Counted from the first letter of the stretch, positions 22,335-33,437 are shown. The stretch: 64,000 bases of DNA from Rhodocyclaceae bacterium (GCA_046295975.1 JBKBMG010000004.1:69403-133402); one strand, 5' to 3'. Program-made: numbers and translations. The notes: generated by a model not told the origin, from the letters alone.

Positions 22335-23465
22335 ATGGCAGGAAACAAGATGGCGTCTTGGCGGACGCTGCGGACAGCAGGCATGGGCTGCATGCTTGCG
22401 GTGTACGGTGTGGCAGGAGCCGCCGATATCGTGATAGGGCAGAGTCTGACGTTGTCAGGCGAGGATGTGGAGATCGGACGCGTGATTCGCTCCGGCGCCG
22501 AGGCTTATGTTGGCCACGTCAATGCCACGGGGGGGATAGACGGACGTCGTCTGAGGCTTGTGACGCTGGAAGACCACGGTGATGTAGAGATCTACCGACG
22601 CAATCTCGAGACCCTGATTACCCGCGACGGTGCCGTGGCCATCGTCAATTGCGTGGGCGATCGTTTCTGCCGCGTCGCCGCTGAGGTGGCCGACGCGCGC
22701 GGGGTGCCGCTGGTCGGTGCGATATCGGGTTCGTCCGCGTTGAGGCAGCCCGGCCGCATGGTGTTTGCGCTGCGGCCGGGTTACGCGGTCGAGGCGGAAG
22801 TGTTGACGCGGCAATTGAAGTCCGTCGGGGTTGCGCGGGTTGCGCTGGTCACCGAGGCGAAGCTGGCTTCTGACCAGCAGGCGGTGCTGGCGCGGGTGTT
22901 GGGCGCCGGTGGTCTGGAGGTCGTCGCGATGACTCTGGCCTCGCCCGCAGAACCCGACCTCGCGGCGTTGTTGCGGCAACTGGAGACGGGCGGTTTTGAT
23001 GCCGTTGTGCTCGAGTTCGGTGCCTCGACCTACGGCGTTCTGGCAGCGGGCGGATATGGCAGTCACCCGGCCTGGCCGGGCGTGATCGCCACCCTGGCCG
23101 ATCCCACCCTGCGACTGTTGGCGACGACGTTTCGTGGGCGCATGATCGGTTTCACCATGCTCGTACCGAATCCCGAGCATACGGCACTGCCGGTGGTGCG
23201 CGAATTTCAGCACCACGTCGAACACTATTCCGAGGCCTCAGCCTTGTACCTGGACGGTTTCGAGGCCTACCTGAACCTGCGCGTCTGTGCCGAGGCGCTG
23301 ACTCGGGCGGGCGGTGCCACGCCGGACAAGCTTGTGGCTGCGCTGGACCGGCTTTCAACGCTGGACCTGGGTGGCTTCACCGTGCGCGTGACCCGCGGCG
23401 AACGCGACGGGCCGGAGTGGGTGGATGTCGGCGTGGTATCGCGCTCGGGCCTGTTCCTGAATTGA
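22335..23465 (+). CDS. Periplasmic substrate-binding protein, type-I (Leu/Ile/Val-binding-like), with no adjacent ABC partners
   Basis: Signal peptide MAGNKMASWRTLRTAGMGCMLAVYGVAGA, then ADIVIGQSLTLSGE...YVGHVNATGGIDGRRL. GGAGGG Shine-Dalgarno sequence 5 nt before ATG 22335; the track ORF begins at 22299. Confidence 0.82.
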   Translation: MAGNKMASWRTLRTAGMGCMLAVYGVAGAADIVIGQSLTLSGEDVEIGRVIRSGAEAYVGHVNATGGIDGRRLRLVTLEDHGDVEIYRRNLETLITRDGAVAIVNCVGDRFCRVAAEVADARGVPLVGAISGSSALRQPGRMVFALRPGYAVEAEVLTRQLKSVGVARVALVTEAKLASDQQAVLARVLGAGGLEVVAMTLASPAEPDLAALLRQLETGGFDAVVLEFGASTYGVLAAGGYGSHPAWPGVIATLADPTLRLLATTFRGRMIGFTMLVPNPEHTALPVVREFQHHVEHYSEASALYLDGFEAYLNLRVCAEALTRAGGATPDKLVAALDRLSTLDLGGFTVRVTRGERDGPEWVDVGVVSRSGLFLN

Positions 23466-23466
23466 T

Positions 23467-23486
23467 CGGCCGCCGTCGGGCGGCCG
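23467..23486. terminator. Short GC stem-loop between convergent genes
   Basis: Stem 'cggccgcc' / 'ggcggccg' with the loop gtcg, lying between the SBP stop and the vanB stop. Confidence 0.35.
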
Positions 23487-23502
23487 GGGATGAGGCTGGG
23501 GG

Positions 23503-24471
23503 TCAGAGATCCAGCACCAGCCGGGCGCTGAGGGCGCGCGAGCAGCAGGGCGTAAACTGATTGTTGGCGGCTTGCTCGTCGGGCGTGAGGTAGAGGTCGC
23601 GGTGGTCCGGAATGCCATCCAGCACGCGGGTCAGGCAGGTGCCGCAGACTCCTTGCTCGCAGGACACCGGCAGGTCGACGCCATGGGCGTGGAGCACCTG
23701 GGCGACGCTGGTGCCGGCTGGGATGTGCAGGCGCCGACCGCTGCGGGCGAGTTCCACTTCGAAGGCACCGTCGATCGCGTCCGCGGCAGCCGGAGCGGCA
23801 GCGAAGCGCTCGATGTGGAGCTGGGTTTCGGGCCAGGCGTGTGCGCGGAAGGTGGCGAGAACGTGGTCGATGAAGCCGTTGGGCCCGCATACATGGATGT
23901 GGGTGTCCGTCTCAGGTGAGCCCGCGAGGGTGGCAAGATCGAGTTTTTGCGACGGCGCGCCGTCGTCCAGGTGAAACTGCACCCGGTCGGCGTAGGCACA
24001 GGCCTGCAGGTAGGGCCGAAATGCGGTGCGGGCGGCGCTGCGGGCGCAGTAGTGCAGTTCGAAGTCGGCACCACGCGTGGCAAGGGTTTCGGCCATGGCC
24101 AGCAGCGGGGTGATGCCGATGCCGCCGGCCAGCAGCAGATGGCGCCGACCCGGTGCCATTGGGAAGAGGTTGCGCGGTGCGCCGATCTGGATCAGGTCGC
24201 CCTCGGCGACGCGCTCGTGCATGGCGACCGAACCACCGCGCGAAGCCGGGTCGCGCAACACCGCGATCCGGTAGCGGTGGGTTTCGCCCGGGCGGTTGTA
24301 GAGCGAATACTGGCGTACCAGCCCGGGCTGGATATGCACGTCGATGTGGGCGCCGGCATCGAAGCCGGGCAGGGCGTCGCCTTGCGGCGGGACGAGTTCG
24401 AAACTGGCAATGTCTTCGGCCTCATGCACGATGCGTGCGACCCGGACGGTCAGGAGTTGGGGCATGCTCAT
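23503..24471 (-). CDS. vanB: Vanillate O-demethylase oxidoreductase (FMN/NAD/[2Fe-2S] PDR-type reductase)
   Basis: 322 aa. It has a flavin-reductase N-domain (RQYSL) and a C-terminal plant-type ferredoxin CEQGVCGTC...C. It sits directly downstream of vanA. Confidence 0.92.
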   Translation of the reverse strand: MSMPQLLTVRVARIVHEAEDIASFELVPPQGDALPGFDAGAHIDVHIQPGLVRQYSLYNRPGETHRYRIAVLRDPASRGGSVAMHERVAEGDLIQIGAPRNLFPMAPGRRHLLLAGGIGITPLLAMAETLATRGADFELHYCARSAARTAFRPYLQACAYADRVQFHLDDGAPSQKLDLATLAGSPETDTHIHVCGPNGFIDHVLATFRAHAWPETQLHIERFAAAPAAADAIDGAFEVELARSGRRLHIPAGTSVAQVLHAHGVDLPVSCEQGVCGTCLTRVLDGIPDHRDLYLTPDEQAANNQFTPCCSRALSARLVLDL

Positions 24472-24494
24472 TGTGACGTTTCCGTTATGTAGTT

Positions 24495-25541
24495 TCAGGC
24501 AACTTGCTGCGTGCTGCTGCGTTCTTCGGCGACCAGGCGGTCGATGACCCGCCGCGCCTGTACGCCACCCGCATCGATGTTGAGCTTGAGCATCTGACGC
24601 TCGGCGAAGGCCTGCAGGTTGCGCTGCTGGGCCTCGAGCATGGCGACGTCCTCGAGGAAGACCTTGCCCTGCGCCTCGCGGATAGTGGCGGTGAGCGCCG
24701 GGTCGTCCGCCTTGAAGTTGCGCGCGAGACCCCAGAAGTACCAGATCGAGTCGTCGCTCTCGGGCGTGATGAGGTCGACCACGATGCCCGCCACCCGGTG
24801 TTCGGGGGCCGCTTCGTGGGCACCGCGCCCGGCCAGCGCCACGCCGACGTCGATCATGACGTTGCTGGGTGGGGTGAAGCGGCAGATCTGCCAGCGATCC
24901 ACCTCGGCATCTTCGGGCAGTCCGGCGAAGCGCATGGCGTTGCGCCAGAAAGGGGGGGCGGTGATGTTCTCCATCAGCCGGCCAGTGATCACCTGATCGC
25001 CCTCGGTGACGGTTTTCGCCACGGCTTCCTCGATTTCCGGTTGACCAATGCTGGTGGCGTGTACATAGGTCTCATGGGTGAGATCCATGAGGTTGTCTAT
25101 CATCAGCCGATAATCGCAATCGATGCGATACACGCCGCCACCGTAGGCCCAGCCCGGGTCTTCGGCCCAGAACAGCTTGGGGATGAGGTCGGCGTCGGCC
25201 TGTTCCGGATCGCCCGGCCAGAACCAGACAAAGCCATGGCGCTCGACCACCGGGAAGCTGCGGTTGCGTGGGAAACCGCGCACGCGCTGGCCAGGCATGC
25301 AGGCGGTGCTGCCGTCACAGCTCATGACCAGGCCGTGGTAGCCGCACACCAGTTGGCCGTCGCGTACATAGCCCAGCGATAGCGGCGCACCGCGGTGCGG
25401 ACAGTAATCGTCCACGGCTGCGACCCGGCCTTCGGCATTGCGGAAGAACACCACGCTATGGCCGCAGATGCGCCTGCCCAGCGGCTTGTCGGCGACTTCC
25501 TCGGCGGTGGCGGCGACGTACCAGGTATTCTTGGGATACAT
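24495..25541 (-). CDS. vanA: Vanillate O-demethylase oxygenase subunit (Rieske)
   Basis: Starts MYPKNTWYVAATAEEVADKPLGR.... Rieske motif CPHRGAPLSLG...CGYHG, plus YRLMIDNLMDLTHETYVH and LKLNIDAGGVQARRVIDRL, colinear with Pseudomonas VanA. ATG at 25539-25541 with a GGAGAG Shine-Dalgarno sequence. Confidence 0.95.
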   Translation of the reverse strand: MYPKNTWYVAATAEEVADKPLGRRICGHSVVFFRNAEGRVAAVDDYCPHRGAPLSLGYVRDGQLVCGYHGLVMSCDGSTACMPGQRVRGFPRNRSFPVVERHGFVWFWPGDPEQADADLIPKLFWAEDPGWAYGGGVYRIDCDYRLMIDNLMDLTHETYVHATSIGQPEIEEAVAKTVTEGDQVITGRLMENITAPPFWRNAMRFAGLPEDAEVDRWQICRFTPPSNVMIDVGVALAGRGAHEAAPEHRVAGIVVDLITPESDDSIWYFWGLARNFKADDPALTATIREAQGKVFLEDVAMLEAQQRNLQAFAERQMLKLNIDAGGVQARRVIDRLVAEERSSTQQVA

Positions 25542-25587
25542 GTCTCTCTCCTCTGTGGGATGGGCTTGTGCGTTTGAATGTGATTGG

Positions 25588-25599
25588 ATTGGATCCAAT
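25588..25599. promoter_or_regulatory. Perfect 12-bp palindrome ATTGGATCCAAT in the vanA/vanR divergent region (candidate VanR operator); related half-site tGGGATCCAA at 25641-25650
   Basis: Seen directly in the sequence. From memory, it matches the VanR operator palindrome described for Caulobacter. Confidence 0.55.
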
Positions 25600-25667
25600 T
25601 GAGAGAAAAGATAAACGCAATCTGGTATAAATTTCAAGCATGGGATCCAAAAAAAGGTTTATCGAGC

Positions 25668-26357
25668 ATGAGTGATACGGACACCAGCGTGGTTGCCAGC
25701 CTTCGCCGCCTGATCCTGGAGGGGGTGATACCGCAGGGCGAGCGCATGGCGGAGATCCCGGTCGCCGAGCGGCTGGGAGTGTCGCGCACGCCGGTGCGGC
25801 TGGCGTTTCGCGTGCTGGAACAGGAAGGCTTGCTGGCGCGCGTGGGCAAGCGGGGCCTGGTGGTGCGGGCGTTCTCGGAAGCCGACGTGATGTGTGCGGT
25901 GGAGGTGCGCGGCGTGCTGGAAGGGCTGGCGGCGCGGCGGCTGGCCGAGGCGGGCATGACCGCCGCCGTAAGCGATACCTTGCAGGCGGCGCTGCACGAC
26001 GGGGCGCAGGTACTGGACAAGGGCTATCTGGTTGAGGCGGACATCGCGGCGTGGTCGGACCTCAATGCGCGTTTCCACAAGACCATCGTCGAAGCGACCG
26101 GCGCCCGGCCGATCGCCGACGCGATCGCCCGCAACAACCATTTGCCATTCGCTTCGTCCGACTCCATTGTCATCGACTTCGGCGCCCTGGGGCGGGAGTA
26201 CGAGAAGCTGCGCGTGGCGCAACTACAGCATCAGCTCCTCTTCGGCGCGCTGGTGTCGGGTGAGGGCGCGCGCGCCGAGATGCTGATGCGCGAGCACGCC
26301 TGGGTGGGCTTGCGCTACGGCGAGTTGCTGGAACCGGCGCGGCGCGCCACGCCGTAG
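25668..26357 (+). CDS. vanR: GntR-family transcriptional regulator (VanR-like)
   Basis: 229 aa starting MSDTDTSVVASLRRLILEGVIPQGERMAEIPVAERLGVSRTPVRLAFRVLEQEGL (winged HTH), with an FCD-like C-domain. It is divergent from vanAB. Confidence 0.88.
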   Translation: MSDTDTSVVASLRRLILEGVIPQGERMAEIPVAERLGVSRTPVRLAFRVLEQEGLLARVGKRGLVVRAFSEADVMCAVEVRGVLEGLAARRLAEAGMTAAVSDTLQAALHDGAQVLDKGYLVEADIAAWSDLNARFHKTIVEATGARPIADAIARNNHLPFASSDSIVIDFGALGREYEKLRVAQLQHQLLFGALVSGEGARAEMLMREHAWVGLRYGELLEPARRATP

Positions 26358-26480
26358 GGGGCGGAACCAGCGCGGTACGCCGTACCGCAAGGGTTGCAAC
26401 CTGCGCGCGAAATCGCGCCGGCGGGGCCGGGTGGCGAGCGCGTTCGGTAGTGCGGCAACCGAACATCGCTCGGGTTGACG

Positions 26481-28340
<1,860 letters not shown>

Positions 28341-28475
28341 GAGAGTCTCCTCGTTGTCGTTGTTCTGCGGGCAGGAGGCCGGCGAGCGGCATCTGAGCGA
28401 TGGTGCCTGGCGCCGGTCTCGTTCCGGTGCTTGTCCGTCTCCGTGTTTCAAAATTATCAATTCTTATCCTCCCAT

Positions 28476-28491
28476 TTAACAAACTTGTTAA
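28476..28491. promoter_or_regulatory. Inverted repeat TTAACAA-AC-TTGTTAA in an AT-rich tract (candidate UAS/operator)
   Basis: The dyad is seen about 125-140 bp upstream of the -24/-12 element. That distance is typical for enhancer-binding-protein UAS sites. Confidence 0.35.
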
Positions 28492-28615
28492 GCGAAACGC
28501 CACGGCTTTCGATGATGCGTTGCCGCAGCATGCCGGCCGTGTGTCGGCACCATTCGCAGACGGCAGGGGGGCGAGCGCGAATGCTGCGGTGCGGGGATCG
28601 GCTGCGTGGCGGATG

Positions 28616-28631
28616 TGGCACGGCGATTGCG
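28616..28631 (+). promoter_or_regulatory. Sigma54 (-24/-12) promoter
   Basis: 'TGGCACggcgaTTGCg' has canonical GG-N10-GC spacing. It lies 72 nt upstream of ATG 28703 and next to a divergent sigma54 activator gene. Confidence 0.65.
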
Positions 28632-28702
28632 ATTCAGGCTATCGAGACGGCGGCCGCTGCGGTGTGAATAACGCGGCCGGAACGAAAACGACACCCAGCC
28701 CG

Positions 28703-30193
28703 ATGGAGGTAATCGAAGTGTCAGACGAAAACAGCAGCGTGCTCAGCGAGTCGCTTTGGCGGGACAGCTTGTTCGATGGCGAATGGCGGGTGCCGAGCGG
28801 TGGCGGGCGGGCGGTGCTTGAGCCGGCCACCGGCGAGGTACTGACCAGTGTTGGTGTGGGCGACCCGTCGGATGTCGCGATGGCGGCGCGCAGCGCATCC
28901 GAAGCGCAAAAAGCCTGGCATGCGACGCCGCCGCGCGAGCGTGCCAACGTGTTCCATCGCGCCGCGGCGTTGATCGAGACCGAGGCCGCCGCACTGGCCA
29001 GCTGGATCGCCCGCGAGACCGGCGGGATCCTGCCCAAGGCCGAGCATGAGGTACGCGAGGCGGTCATCATCCTGCGCCGCGCGGCGGCCATGGTGCTGGA
29101 TCCGCAGCAAGGAATCGTGCTGCCGTCGGTGCCGGGGCGCCTCTCCTACGCCAAGCGCATGCCGCTGGGTGTGGTGGGCGTGATCTCGCCGTTCAACTTC
29201 CCCCTGATCCTGTCGATTCGCGCGGTGGCGCCGGCGCTGGCATCAGGCAACGCGGTGGTGCTCAAGCCCGATCTGCGCACACCGGTGACGGGTGGCTTCC
29301 TGATCGCGCGCGCCTTGCAACTGGCCGGACTGCCGGCGGGCCTGCTGCACGTGATACCGGGCGGGGCGGACGCGGGCGAGGCGCTGTGCACCGATCCGCA
29401 TGTGCGAATGATCGCATTCACCGGATCCACCGCGGTCGGGCGCCGCGTCGGTGAGCTTGCCGGCCGTCATCTCAAGAAGGTCATGCTCGAACTGGGCGGC
29501 AAGAACCCGCTGATCGTGCTCGAGGACGCCGATCTGGATCTGGCGGCAAGCAATGCGGCGTGGGGGGCCTGGTTGCATCAGGGCCAGATCTGCATGGCAT
29601 CGGGGCGGATTCTCGCCCATCAGTCGATTGCGGCGGAGCTCACCGAACGGCTGGTGAAGAAGGCGGCGATGCTGCCAGTCGGCGACCCCGCCAGCGCTGC
29701 GGTGGCGATCGGCCCGATTATCGACGAGCGCCAGCTCGAGCGGGTGGATGCCATTGTCCAGGACAGCGTCAAGGCCGGCGCGCGACTGGAAGCAGGGGGG
29801 CGGCGTGAGGGGCGTTACTACCTGCCGACCGTGCTGTCGGGCGTGCGGCCCGGCATGCGTGCGTTCCACGAGGAGTTCTTCGGCCCGGTGGCAAGCGTGA
29901 TCGCCTTTGCCGACGACGAGGAGGCGCTGGCCCTGGCCAACGACACCGAGTACGGCTTGTCGGCGGCGGTGATCTCACGTTCGGTCGGTCGCGCGATGGC
30001 GCTGGGCGATCGGCTGCAGGCCGGGATGGTGCATATCAACGACCAGACCGTCAATGATGAATGCACCAATCCCTTTGGCGGATGCGGTGCCTCGGGAAAT
30101 GGCGGCAGCATCGGCGGGCCGGCCGACCTGGACGAGTTCAGCCAGTGGCGATGGGTCACCGTCAAGGAGGCGCCGCCGGCCTACCCGTTCTGA
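28703..30193 (+). CDS. Aryl-aldehyde (benzaldehyde-type) dehydrogenase
   Basis: 496 aa from MEVIEVSDENS.... ALDH motifs ISPFNFP, FTGSTAVG, LELGGKNP and GQICMASGR. The C-terminal ...NDQTVNDECTNPFGGCGASGNG resembles XylC-type enzymes. Confidence 0.88.
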   Translation: MEVIEVSDENSSVLSESLWRDSLFDGEWRVPSGGGRAVLEPATGEVLTSVGVGDPSDVAMAARSASEAQKAWHATPPRERANVFHRAAALIETEAAALASWIARETGGILPKAEHEVREAVIILRRAAAMVLDPQQGIVLPSVPGRLSYAKRMPLGVVGVISPFNFPLILSIRAVAPALASGNAVVLKPDLRTPVTGGFLIARALQLAGLPAGLLHVIPGGADAGEALCTDPHVRMIAFTGSTAVGRRVGELAGRHLKKVMLELGGKNPLIVLEDADLDLAASNAAWGAWLHQGQICMASGRILAHQSIAAELTERLVKKAAMLPVGDPASAAVAIGPIIDERQLERVDAIVQDSVKAGARLEAGGRREGRYYLPTVLSGVRPGMRAFHEEFFGPVASVIAFADDEEALALANDTEYGLSAAVISRSVGRAMALGDRLQAGMVHINDQTVNDECTNPFGGCGASGNGGSIGGPADLDEFSQWRWVTVKEAPPAYPF

Positions 30194-30360
30194 ATCAAGG
30201 CACGGTACGGATTCGGGTCATGCGTGGATCACGCGCGGAGTACGCAGGCCCATTCGGCTACCCACATAAAGACACCGACGACGGGGCAGAGCGGCGGTTG
30301 CGAGGCTGCTTCGAGTGTCGGCGAAAAGCAAAAAAACGACCACCTCAAGGAGGAATCACG

Positions 30361-31983
30361 ATGTCTGCATACACCACGCTCAAGCGTCGGCCCCTGGCCG
30401 TCGCGGTTGCCGCCGCTACGGCGCTGTGGCTGCCCCAGGCGGGCGCGTTCCAGTTCGATACCGGCAATCCCGACCTGCGCGTGCGCTGGGACAACACCTT
30501 CAAGTACTCCAACGCCTTTCGCGTGAAAAGCCGCTCCGATCTGCTGGTCGCGGACGTGAACTACGACGATGGCGACCGCAATTTCGGTCGTGGCCTGATC
30601 TCGAACCGGATCGACTGGCTGAGCGAGTTCGACGTCCGCTACCGTGACGTGGGCCTGCGCCTGAGTGGCGCGGCGTGGTACGACTCGGTCTATAACCGCC
30701 GCAACGACAATGACTCGCCCTTCACCAACAACGCCCTGAGCGTGCCGCACGACCGGTTTACGCGCCAGACGCGCAAGTTGCACGGGCGCAAGGGAGAGCT
30801 GCTGGATGCCTTCGCCTACGCCAACGTCGACCTCGGCGACATGCGCGCCAACCTGCGCGCGGGTCGCCATTCGCTGGTGTTCGGCGAAACCCTGTTCTTC
30901 GGCGCCAACGGCATCGCGGATGCTCAAGGGCCGATCGACATCATCAAGCTGCTGACGGTACCGAGCACGCAGTTCAAGGAAGTGCTGCGCCCGGTCAACC
31001 AGATGTCGGGCACGCTGCAGATCAACTCGGCGCTGTCGTTGGGCGCTTACTACCAGTTCGAGTGGGAGGAAAGCCGCCTGCCGGGCGTTGGCAGCTATCT
31101 GTCCAACATCGACTGGGTGGGACCGGGTACCGAGTCGCTGCTGGCCGGACCGGGCGTGCTGTGGCGCAAGATCGCCGACGTCACGCCGCGCGATTCGGGG
31201 CAGGGCGGCCTGCAACTGCGCATCACGCCGGATGGCAGTGACATCGAGTACGGTCTGTACGTTGCGCGCTACCACGCCAAGACGCCGTCCGGTTTCTACT
31301 TCGACCCGGTGACCGAGTCGATTCGTACCGTCTACGGCGAAGGCATTCGCACCTTCGGTGCCAGCGCCACCACCTCGATCGGCCAGCTCAACCTCGCCAC
31401 CGAGGTGTCGCTGCGCAAGAACGCGCCGCTCAACAGCGACCCGGTGATCTCCATCGGTCAGACCGCAGACAACCGCGGCAACATCGGATACGCGGTGGGC
31501 AATACCGCCCACGCCAACCTGTCCGGCATCTACGTGCTGCAACCGGGGGCGCTGTGGGGCGGTGGGGCGGTGGTTGCCGAACTGGCCTGGAACCGGGTGC
31601 TGTCGGTGGACAAGAACCGCGAGGCGCTCGACCCCAACACCACGCGCGATGCCTGGGGGATGCGCATGATCTTCGCTCCGGCGTACTTTCAGGTATTGCC
31701 TGGGCTGGACCTCGAGGTGCCGATTGGTCTCGGTTACAACCTCAAGGGCCGCTCCGGTGCAATCGGCAACTTCAACGGCGGAGCGTCGCGCGGCGGCGAC
31801 CTCAGCCTGGGGGTGAACGGCACCTACCAGAACACCTGGAAGTTCGGCGCTAACTACGTGCATTTCTTCGGCGGCGAATTCAGCTTCGTGACCCCGCAGA
31901 ACTCGCCGGGGCCGGTGCTCTCGTTCAAGCAGACCCGCAAGGACCGCAACTTCGTGTCCTTCCACCTCCAGCGCAGCTTCTGA
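30361..31983 (+). CDS. DUF1302-family outer-membrane protein
   Basis: 540 aa. Signal peptide MSAYTTLKRRPLAVAVAAATALWLPQAGA, then FQFDTGNPDLRVRWDNTFKYS typical of DUF1302. The composition is beta-rich and the protein ends ...FHLQRSF. AAGGAGG Shine-Dalgarno sequence. Confidence 0.8.
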   Translation: MSAYTTLKRRPLAVAVAAATALWLPQAGAFQFDTGNPDLRVRWDNTFKYSNAFRVKSRSDLLVADVNYDDGDRNFGRGLISNRIDWLSEFDVRYRDVGLRLSGAAWYDSVYNRRNDNDSPFTNNALSVPHDRFTRQTRKLHGRKGELLDAFAYANVDLGDMRANLRAGRHSLVFGETLFFGANGIADAQGPIDIIKLLTVPSTQFKEVLRPVNQMSGTLQINSALSLGAYYQFEWEESRLPGVGSYLSNIDWVGPGTESLLAGPGVLWRKIADVTPRDSGQGGLQLRITPDGSDIEYGLYVARYHAKTPSGFYFDPVTESIRTVYGEGIRTFGASATTSIGQLNLATEVSLRKNAPLNSDPVISIGQTADNRGNIGYAVGNTAHANLSGIYVLQPGALWGGGAVVAELAWNRVLSVDKNREALDPNTTRDAWGMRMIFAPAYFQVLPGLDLEVPIGLGYNLKGRSGAIGNFNGGASRGGDLSLGVNGTYQNTWKFGANYVHFFGGEFSFVTPQNSPGPVLSFKQTRKDRNFVSFHLQRSF

Positions 31984-32073
31984 CCGCAAGGCGGGGCGCC
32001 GCGCGCGGCCGTCCTGCCCGAAACCGGCGGGGGTGCCCCCCGACTACCCAAATCGATACGGAGACAGACAATC

Positions 32074-33435
32074 ATGATCAAGCTTGCACTCAGGGCCACG
32101 CTCACCGGGCTTGCCTTTGCGCTTGGCGCCCAGTTCGCGGTCGCCGCGGTGACCGCCGAGGAGGCCGCCCGCCTCGATTCCACGCTCACGCCGGTGGGCG
32201 CCGAGCGTGCCGCCAATGCTGCCGGCACCATCCCGGAATGGACGGGTGGCTACACCACCGTCGCGGCCGGTTACAAAAACGGTGAGCCGCGCCCCGATCC
32301 GTTTGCTGACGACAAACCGTTGTTTTCGATCACCGCCGCCAACCTGGCCGAACACGCCGACAAGCTCAGCGATGGTGTGAAGGCCTTGTTCGCCCGGCGG
32401 CCGGAGTTCCGCATCGACGTCTATCCCACCCGTCGCACCGCCGCGGCACCGCAATGGGTGTATGACAACGTCCGACGCAACGCCACCACAGCGCATTTGG
32501 CGGATGACGAATCCTCGGTGAGCGGCGCCTACGGCGGCATTCCATTTCCGATTCCCGCCAGCGGTGCCGAGGTGATGTGGAACCACCGGCTGTCGTGGTA
32601 CGGACAGTCGGTCGAGTATGCACTGCGCACCTTCGTCGTCACCGCCGACGGCCGCCGCGCACTTGCCAGCGAGGGCGACGAGATCCAGCAGTGGCCGTAC
32701 TACTACCCGAGCGGCAGCCTGGAAACCTATGGTGGCCACTACATGCTGGGGCGTTTCATCGTCACCGGTCCGGCGTCCAAGGCGGGCGAAGCCATCCTGG
32801 TGCATGACGCCTCCACCAGCAACAAGTCGCGCGACATCTGGCAATACCTGGTGGGGCAGCGGCGGGTACGCAAGGCACCTTCGGTGGCCTACGACACCCC
32901 CGATTTCGTGACTTCCGGAGTGGGCCTGTTCGACGAGGCCTTCATGCTGTTCGGGCCGATCGACCGGCACGATTTCAAGCTGGTTGGCAAGCGCGAGCTG
33001 TACGTCCCGTACAACAACAATCGCGCCGCGCTGGTGGCCATCGACGACCTCGTCGGCCCGCAGTTCCTCAACCCCGACCACGTGCGCTGGGAGCTGCACC
33101 GGGTGTGGGAGGTCGAGGCCACGCTCAAGCCCGGCAAGCGTCACACCGTGCCCAAGCGCAAGTACTACATCGACGAGGACTCCTGGCAGATCGTGCTGTT
33201 CGATGGCTGGGACGCCAAGGGCGACCTTTCGCGCATGAACTACTCGCTTACCTACCTCGTGCCCGAACTGCCGGCCCTGGTGACCAACGTCATGTGGGGT
33301 GGCTATGACCTGCAGACCGGCGCCTACTACTTCAATGCCGCGATGAACGGTGCCTCGCCGCACTATCGGGTGCGAGAGCCGGTGTCGGAGAACAACTGGA
33401 GTCCGACCGAACTGGCCAACCAGGGAGCGCGCTGA
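32074..33435 (+). CDS. DUF1329-family periplasmic protein (LolA-like fold family)
   Basis: 453 aa. Signal peptide ...ALGAQFAVAAV, then TAEEAARLDSTLTPVGAERAANAAGTIPEWTGGY, the characteristic DUF1329 N-terminus. Confidence 0.8.
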   Translation: MIKLALRATLTGLAFALGAQFAVAAVTAEEAARLDSTLTPVGAERAANAAGTIPEWTGGYTTVAAGYKNGEPRPDPFADDKPLFSITAANLAEHADKLSDGVKALFARRPEFRIDVYPTRRTAAAPQWVYDNVRRNATTAHLADDESSVSGAYGGIPFPIPASGAEVMWNHRLSWYGQSVEYALRTFVVTADGRRALASEGDEIQQWPYYYPSGSLETYGGHYMLGRFIVTGPASKAGEAILVHDASTSNKSRDIWQYLVGQRRVRKAPSVAYDTPDFVTSGVGLFDEAFMLFGPIDRHDFKLVGKRELYVPYNNNRAALVAIDDLVGPQFLNPDHVRWELHRVWEVEATLKPGKRHTVPKRKYYIDEDSWQIVLFDGWDAKGDLSRMNYSLTYLVPELPALVTNVMWGGYDLQTGAYYFNAAMNGASPHYRVREPVSENNWSPTELANQGAR

Positions 33436-33437
33436 GC

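Noticed and set aside
28448-28470. IHF site in 'caaaattatcaattcttatcc' upstream of the sigma54 promoter
   Set aside because: TATCAA-TTCT-TAT does not satisfy the WATCAA-N4-TTR consensus. It also lies upstream of the candidate UAS rather than between the UAS and the promoter.
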